From positions 1,408,001 to 1,472,000 of the forward strand of contig CBDANF010000003.1 in NCBI GenBank assembly GCA_965197475.1: a DNA stretch of 64,000 nucleotides, given 5' to 3'. The notes under the pieces were generated by a model. It saw only the letters and a list, made by a program, of their open reading frames with translations. It ran no database searches and was not told where the DNA came from. The DNA comes from Candidatus Poribacteria bacterium (GTDB taxonomy: Bacteria > Poribacteria > WGA-4E > WGA-3G). Made by a program: the position numbers and the translations under genes. Below, piece after piece: positions 60,095 through 64,000 of this stretch. How positions within the stretch are numbered: the stretch's first letter is position 1; each line of letters opens with the position of its first letter.

Positions 60095-60330
60095 CTGTAG
60101 GCGCGCTTTGTAAGCGCGCGTGCTTATTCAAGAACAAACCTGTTTGTAGTCGCGCAATTCATTACGCCTCTTGTGGGAGGGTTTCGTAAACCCTCCATTT
60201 TCTTTCCTTCTATCGTAGGGAAAGGTCGCTGTATATCACTTGTTGTTATAAGTGGTAGGTTGGGTTGAGCTTGCGAAACCCAGATAATCCTGGTTCAGAC
60301 AATCCGCACCATCTACGAACCCAACGCTAC
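60095..60330. repeat. Mosaic cluster of GTAG/GTGG REP-like units
   Basis: GTAGGCGCGCTTTGTAAGCGCG, GTAGTCGCGCAATTCATTACGC, GTGGGAGGGTTTCGTAAACCCTC, GTAGGTTGGGTTGAGCTTGCGAAACCCA. Confidence 0.7.
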
Positions 60331-60405
60331 ACTTTTTATAGCCAATCTGACAAAAGTAGACATGATGCTTGAATTGGCAGCTGTCCTATGCTAAACTGAT
60401 ACATT

Positions 60406-62487
60406 ATGCGAAAACAGCAACCTGACGGCACACACCTCATAAAACTTGATCCTCTGTTAAAGCCTTATGCTTCGGAATTGCGTGAGCGGTTCGCGCACTT
60501 TCAACGTTTCAAGGCACAGATTGAGAATAGCTGTGGTGTATTAGGTGAGATTACACAAGGACACCGTTATTTCGGTTTCAACCGTGGCGAAAATGCTGGG
60601 GAATCGGGTGTATGGTACCGCGAGTGGGCACCGGGAGCAAAAGCCCTATCTCTAATTGGCGATTTTAACGACTGGAACCGTGATGCTAACCCTATGTCTG
60701 TTGATGAATGGGGAATTTGGCATCTATTTCTACCAAACAAAGATTATTCAGGTCGATTGACACACGGCAGCCGAGTAAAGGTGCATGTTATATCCGAACT
60801 CAGTGAACTTGATAGAATTCCCGCCTATATCCAACGTGTCATTCAGGAAAGTGAAACCGATTTCACCGGACAGTATTGGTCACCACCAGATCCATATCAG
60901 TGGAAACACGAAATCCCAAAACGAATCCGACGAAGTACAGAAACCTTGCCCTACAGTAACGGGCTGGAAGGTTTGCGGATTTACGAAGCACACGTGGGCA
61001 TGGCACAAGAAGCAGAAAAGGTCGGTACGTTCGCTGAGTTTACGCAAAACGTGCTGCCAAGAATTATCAACTTAGGGTACAACGCAGTGCAATTGATGGC
61101 AATCATGGAGCATCCGTATTATGCCAGTTTCGGGTATCACGTTAGCAACTTTTATGCTGTCTCAAGCCGTTTCGGAACACCTGAAGAATTTAAAGAACTC
61201 ATTGATACTGCACATGGGATGGGGCTGCTGGTCATTATGGATCTGGTCCACAGTCATGCTGTTAAAAACCTGAATGAAGGCTTGAACCGTTTTGATGGTA
61301 CGGAGCATCAATATTTTCATGCTGGTGAAAAAGGAGAACACATCGCATGGGATTCGCTTTGTTTTGATTATAGCAAATATGAAGTGCAACGATTTCTACT
61401 GAGCAATATCCGGTATTGGTTGGAAACTTATCGGTTTGATGGCTTCAGATTTGATGGTGTGACGAGTATGCTCTACAACGACCACGGACTTGGACGGGAG
61501 TTCTCATGTTACGCCGATTACTTCGGTCCCCAAGTTGAACAAGATGCAATTGCGTATTTGATGTTAGCAAATGAAGTCGTCCATGCTGTAAACCCACACG
61601 CGATTTCCATTGCTGAAGATATGAGTGGAATGCCCGGACTTGCACGTCCGATTGAAGAAGGTGGAATAGGCTTTGATTATCGCCTTACAATGGGAATTCC
61701 AGATTATTGGATTCGCTTGTTGAAAGAAAAGAAGGATGAAGAGTGGCACATCGGTGAGATTTACGGAATGTTGCGCAACCGACGTGTAGGTGAGAAGCAT
61801 ATTGCTTATGTTGAAAGCCACGACCAGAGCATTGTCGGGGATAAGACGCTTGCAATGCAATTGATGGAAGCTGAACTCTACACAAAAATGAGCGTTTTCA
61901 CGCCAAATCTTAAGGTTGCGCGAGGCGTTGCGTTGCATAAATTGATTCGCTTACTCACGTTTAGCTTAGGTGGAGAGGGGTATCTCAACTTTATGGGCAA
62001 TGAGTTTGGACACCCTGAGTGGATTGACTTCCCGCGGGCAGGAAACGACAATTCCTATTGGTATGCACGCAGACAGTGGCATCTTGTTGACGATGACACA
62101 CTTTACTACAAGCACCTAAACACTTTTGATGCTGCGATGCAACACCTTGATGCTGCTTATCACCTGCTCACTGATGAAAACATTCAGTTGTTATTCATTC
62201 ACGAGGATGCAAAACAGATTGTCTTTGCGCGCGGTGGACTTGTCTTTGCATTCAACTTTCATCCCACAGCATCAGCAGCGGATTGGCGTATCCCTGTGCC
62301 TGAAAAGGCAGATTACCGGCTCATCCTCAACACCGATGATACAGAATATGGTGGCTACGGTGCCGTAGAGGGTGTCCATCATCCGTGGCAAGATATTGGA
62401 ACGGAGGGTCAGACGCAGTCGATTCAACTCTACGTCCCTGCCCGAAGCGCACAGGTGTTAGTACTACAAATTGAGTCTGCACTATAA
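60406..62487 (+). CDS. glgB: 1,4-alpha-glucan branching enzyme (eukaryote/Bacteroidetes-like type)
   Basis: 'YREWAPGA', 'IYEAHVGM', 'YASFGYHV', 'FRFDGVTSM', 'AEDMSG', 'ESHDQ', 'FMGNEFGHPEW'. Confidence 0.95.
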   Translation: MRKQQPDGTHLIKLDPLLKPYASELRERFAHFQRFKAQIENSCGVLGEITQGHRYFGFNRGENAGESGVWYREWAPGAKALSLIGDFNDWNRDANPMSVDEWGIWHLFLPNKDYSGRLTHGSRVKVHVISELSELDRIPAYIQRVIQESETDFTGQYWSPPDPYQWKHEIPKRIRRSTETLPYSNGLEGLRIYEAHVGMAQEAEKVGTFAEFTQNVLPRIINLGYNAVQLMAIMEHPYYASFGYHVSNFYAVSSRFGTPEEFKELIDTAHGMGLLVIMDLVHSHAVKNLNEGLNRFDGTEHQYFHAGEKGEHIAWDSLCFDYSKYEVQRFLLSNIRYWLETYRFDGFRFDGVTSMLYNDHGLGREFSCYADYFGPQVEQDAIAYLMLANEVVHAVNPHAISIAEDMSGMPGLARPIEEGGIGFDYRLTMGIPDYWIRLLKEKKDEEWHIGEIYGMLRNRRVGEKHIAYVESHDQSIVGDKTLAMQLMEAELYTKMSVFTPNLKVARGVALHKLIRLLTFSLGGEGYLNFMGNEFGHPEWIDFPRAGNDNSYWYARRQWHLVDDDTLYYKHLNTFDAAMQHLDAAYHLLTDENIQLLFIHEDAKQIVFARGGLVFAFNFHPTASAADWRIPVPEKADYRLILNTDDTEYGGYGAVEGVHHPWQDIGTEGQTQSIQLYVPARSAQVLVLQIESAL

Positions 62488-62544
62488 GGGTATATGAAAT
62501 ATGATTTAACGTGTTTTAACACGTTATCGGACAATTTACATGGA

Positions 62545-62672
62545 TTATACCTTTGCCCGAATACGTGCCGTATGGACGGTGCTTTTCTTCGGAAAAGCTA
62601 GGGACAGCCAACCGTGACCTCTGCCTTTACGGTATGTCTATGTTGGGTTGCTAGAGCCAGACACTCTAGCAC
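62545..62672 (-). ncRNA. Candidate structured RNA immediately downstream of a DUF3800-like gene
   Basis: Minus-strand hairpins TGCTAGAG/CTCTAGCA, ACCGT/ACGGT, GCTTTTC-CGAA-GAAAAGC and CCGT-CCAT-ACGG. Confidence 0.4.
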
Positions 62673-62678
62673 TTTTCT

Positions 62679-63092
62679 TTAAAGTTGGATTAGAAATCCT
62701 TTTTGCTGCATTTCAGAATATAAAGTTTGCGTATAAGGTTTATTTTCATAAGCATGCCTACTGAACCCTGCAACAGCATCTGCTAACCTTATCCATGCAC
62801 TCCCTTCATCTCTTATCCCACGGACTTTCTTATACAATATCCCTTCTTGTTTCAAACGTCTGGAAATCTGCTGTTTCGACTTTTTATCTAAGCCATCAAT
62901 CACCACAGTTACTTTGCATGGATTCTTCACGTATTGATGGATTACTTGTGCTATTGTTTCAACAGTTGCCCTAACATAATCCCGAGTGTTGGTGTGGATT
63001 GAATAGAATAGACAATTTTTCAGCTCTTGTATGTTTGTTACAGATATGAGGTAGTCCTCTTTTATTGTATAGTATGTGCTATTCCATTTCAT
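62679..63092 (-). CDS. DUF3800-like (RNase H fold) protein, apparently N-terminally truncated
   Basis: 'VVIDG', 'KVRG.RDE...IRLADAVAGF'. The N-terminal DE(S/T)G motif is absent. Confidence 0.6.
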   Translation of the reverse strand: MKWNSTYYTIKEDYLISVTNIQELKNCLFYSIHTNTRDYVRATVETIAQVIHQYVKNPCKVTVVIDGLDKKSKQQISRRLKQEGILYKKVRGIRDEGSAWIRLADAVAGFSRHAYENKPYTQTLYSEMQQKGFLIQL

Positions 63093-63120
63093 AAAAACAT
63101 CAAAACTCGTAGCATATAGT

Positions 63121-63150
63121 AGAACCGTCCCAATTATATAGGACGGTTCT
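63121..63150. terminator. Hairpin terminator candidate
   Basis: AGAACCGTCC-N10-GGACGGTTCT. Confidence 0.6.
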
Positions 63151-63160
63151 AGCTGCCTAT

Positions 63161-63268
63161 CTAACTCTTCGAAAGTTCGGCTATGCGTGCTTTTAGCTTT
63201 TCTACCTCAGCTTCCTTGTTGTTAACTTCACTCTCATCGTCTGTGCTTTGGTTTTCCTGCTTAATCAC
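63161..63268 (-). CDS. Possible 35-aa coiled-coil peptide or gene remnant
   Basis: AGGAG RBS, GTG start, '...EAEVEKLKARIAELSKS', followed by a hairpin. Confidence 0.35.
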   Translation of the reverse strand: MIKQENQSTDDESEVNNKEAEVEKLKARIAELSKS

Positions 63269-63675
63269 CTTAATATATACTCCTAAACATTATTAACGTC
63301 AATAGCCATATAACAACAAGGTTTTTGATAATGAGTATAGTTATCCTTATGTCACACTTCGTCTTACCGATGCATGTTGCTTTCAGAATTATGGCATCAA
63401 GCAAAGAAACATTAGTTTACATTGGCGGCTATTTTGTTTCAGATGTTTTATCGTAACACCATTTCTGATCACCTATGGTGCGTATGACAAGAGGAATGCA
63501 TGTTAGATTTACCTATCTAAAAAACTGTTTCCAGTATAATAGATAGTATAGGGTTTCTCAATTAGCACGTCATAGTGTTGAGACCCATAATTTATATATT
63601 TGTGAAGATGATTTTGGATATGTATTTTAGAGTGTGAAAAGTATGATAGGGGTTTAGTAGAAATAAAAAGTATCT

Positions 63676-63700
63676 GGTGCGGTTGGGAAACCGCACCTAC
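63676..63700. repeat. REP-like palindrome
   Basis: GGTGCGGTTGGGAAACCGCACCTAC. Confidence 0.7.
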
Positions 63701-63747
63701 CGTTTTTGGATTAAATTATCACTATCAAATTCCGCGTATAGTTGCCA

Positions 63748-63999
63748 TCACGTGGTGTTATTTTCCAATGAGTACGCACGGTTCCCACGAGGACCACCGC
63801 CAATTGCCCACGTCCCACGGAACAACGATTGTCGTTTCGGTGGCATCGTTTCAATGATTTCATGGCTCAGGTTCAACCGATGCCACTGTGCCCAAATTGA
63901 GTTGTAACAATTGAACACTACACAACGTGGATTATCAGGATTCTTCCAGTCGTTTGCAGCATGCACAAGGCTTTCAGTGAAGATTACCGCGGAACCGGG
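63748..63999 (-). CDS. C-terminal part of a probable phytanoyl-CoA dioxygenase (PhyH) family protein (5'-partial)
   Basis: The frame continues to the window edge: 'PGSAVIFTESLVHAANDW...PR.VVF..Y'. Confidence 0.6.
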   Translation of the reverse strand, partial: PGSAVIFTESLVHAANDWKNPDNPRCVVFNCYNSIWAQWHRLNLSHEIIETMPPKRQSLFRGTWAIGGGPRGNRAYSLENNTT

Positions 64000-64000
64000 T

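Noticed and set aside
262-63907. Numerous short antisense or overlapping ORFs in the ORF track (e.g. 19751..20347, 37414..37983, 57745..58071, 63677..63907)
   Set aside because: They are shadows of well-supported genes or translations of repeats, with no RBS or motif support.
1-64000. tRNA, rRNA or prophage
   Set aside because: No cloverleaf or rRNA signatures, and no integrase or phage structural genes, were recognised.

Overview
A 64-kb bacterial chromosomal window, most likely Candidatus Poribacteria. This is inferred from several exported proteins ending in a 'V.x.x.x.KL.TTWG.IK' motif, a PhyH-type gene and a PorV-like gene with an FlgD/CTD-type partner. Housekeeping genes include nadA, thrC, scpAB, a CCA-adding enzyme, gmk, coaBC and glgB. 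The standout is a defence island at about 23.8-32.4 kb: a catalytically inactive short prokaryotic Argonaute whose partner is a three-part Sir2-like NADase / HATPase_c_4 (RecG-C-like, GHKL-type) / APAZ fusion, followed directly by a type III restriction-modification pair. The window also holds at least five IS types: an IS1595 with passenger genes, an IS5-like fragment, IS982, ISKra4/ISLre2-like and IS630. There are several MITE families that carry REP-like GTAG hairpins, and one MITE that duplicated a terminator hairpin. Other notable items are an orphan sigma54 promoter beside a sensor-less enhancer-binding protein, a divergent squalene-hopene-type cyclase with a glycosyltransferase, a DUF3800-like gene followed by a structured RNA candidate, and a possible shared insertion domain in unrelated proteins. 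No rRNA, tRNA or CRISPR array was seen. All family calls come from motif recognition by eye, not from database searches.
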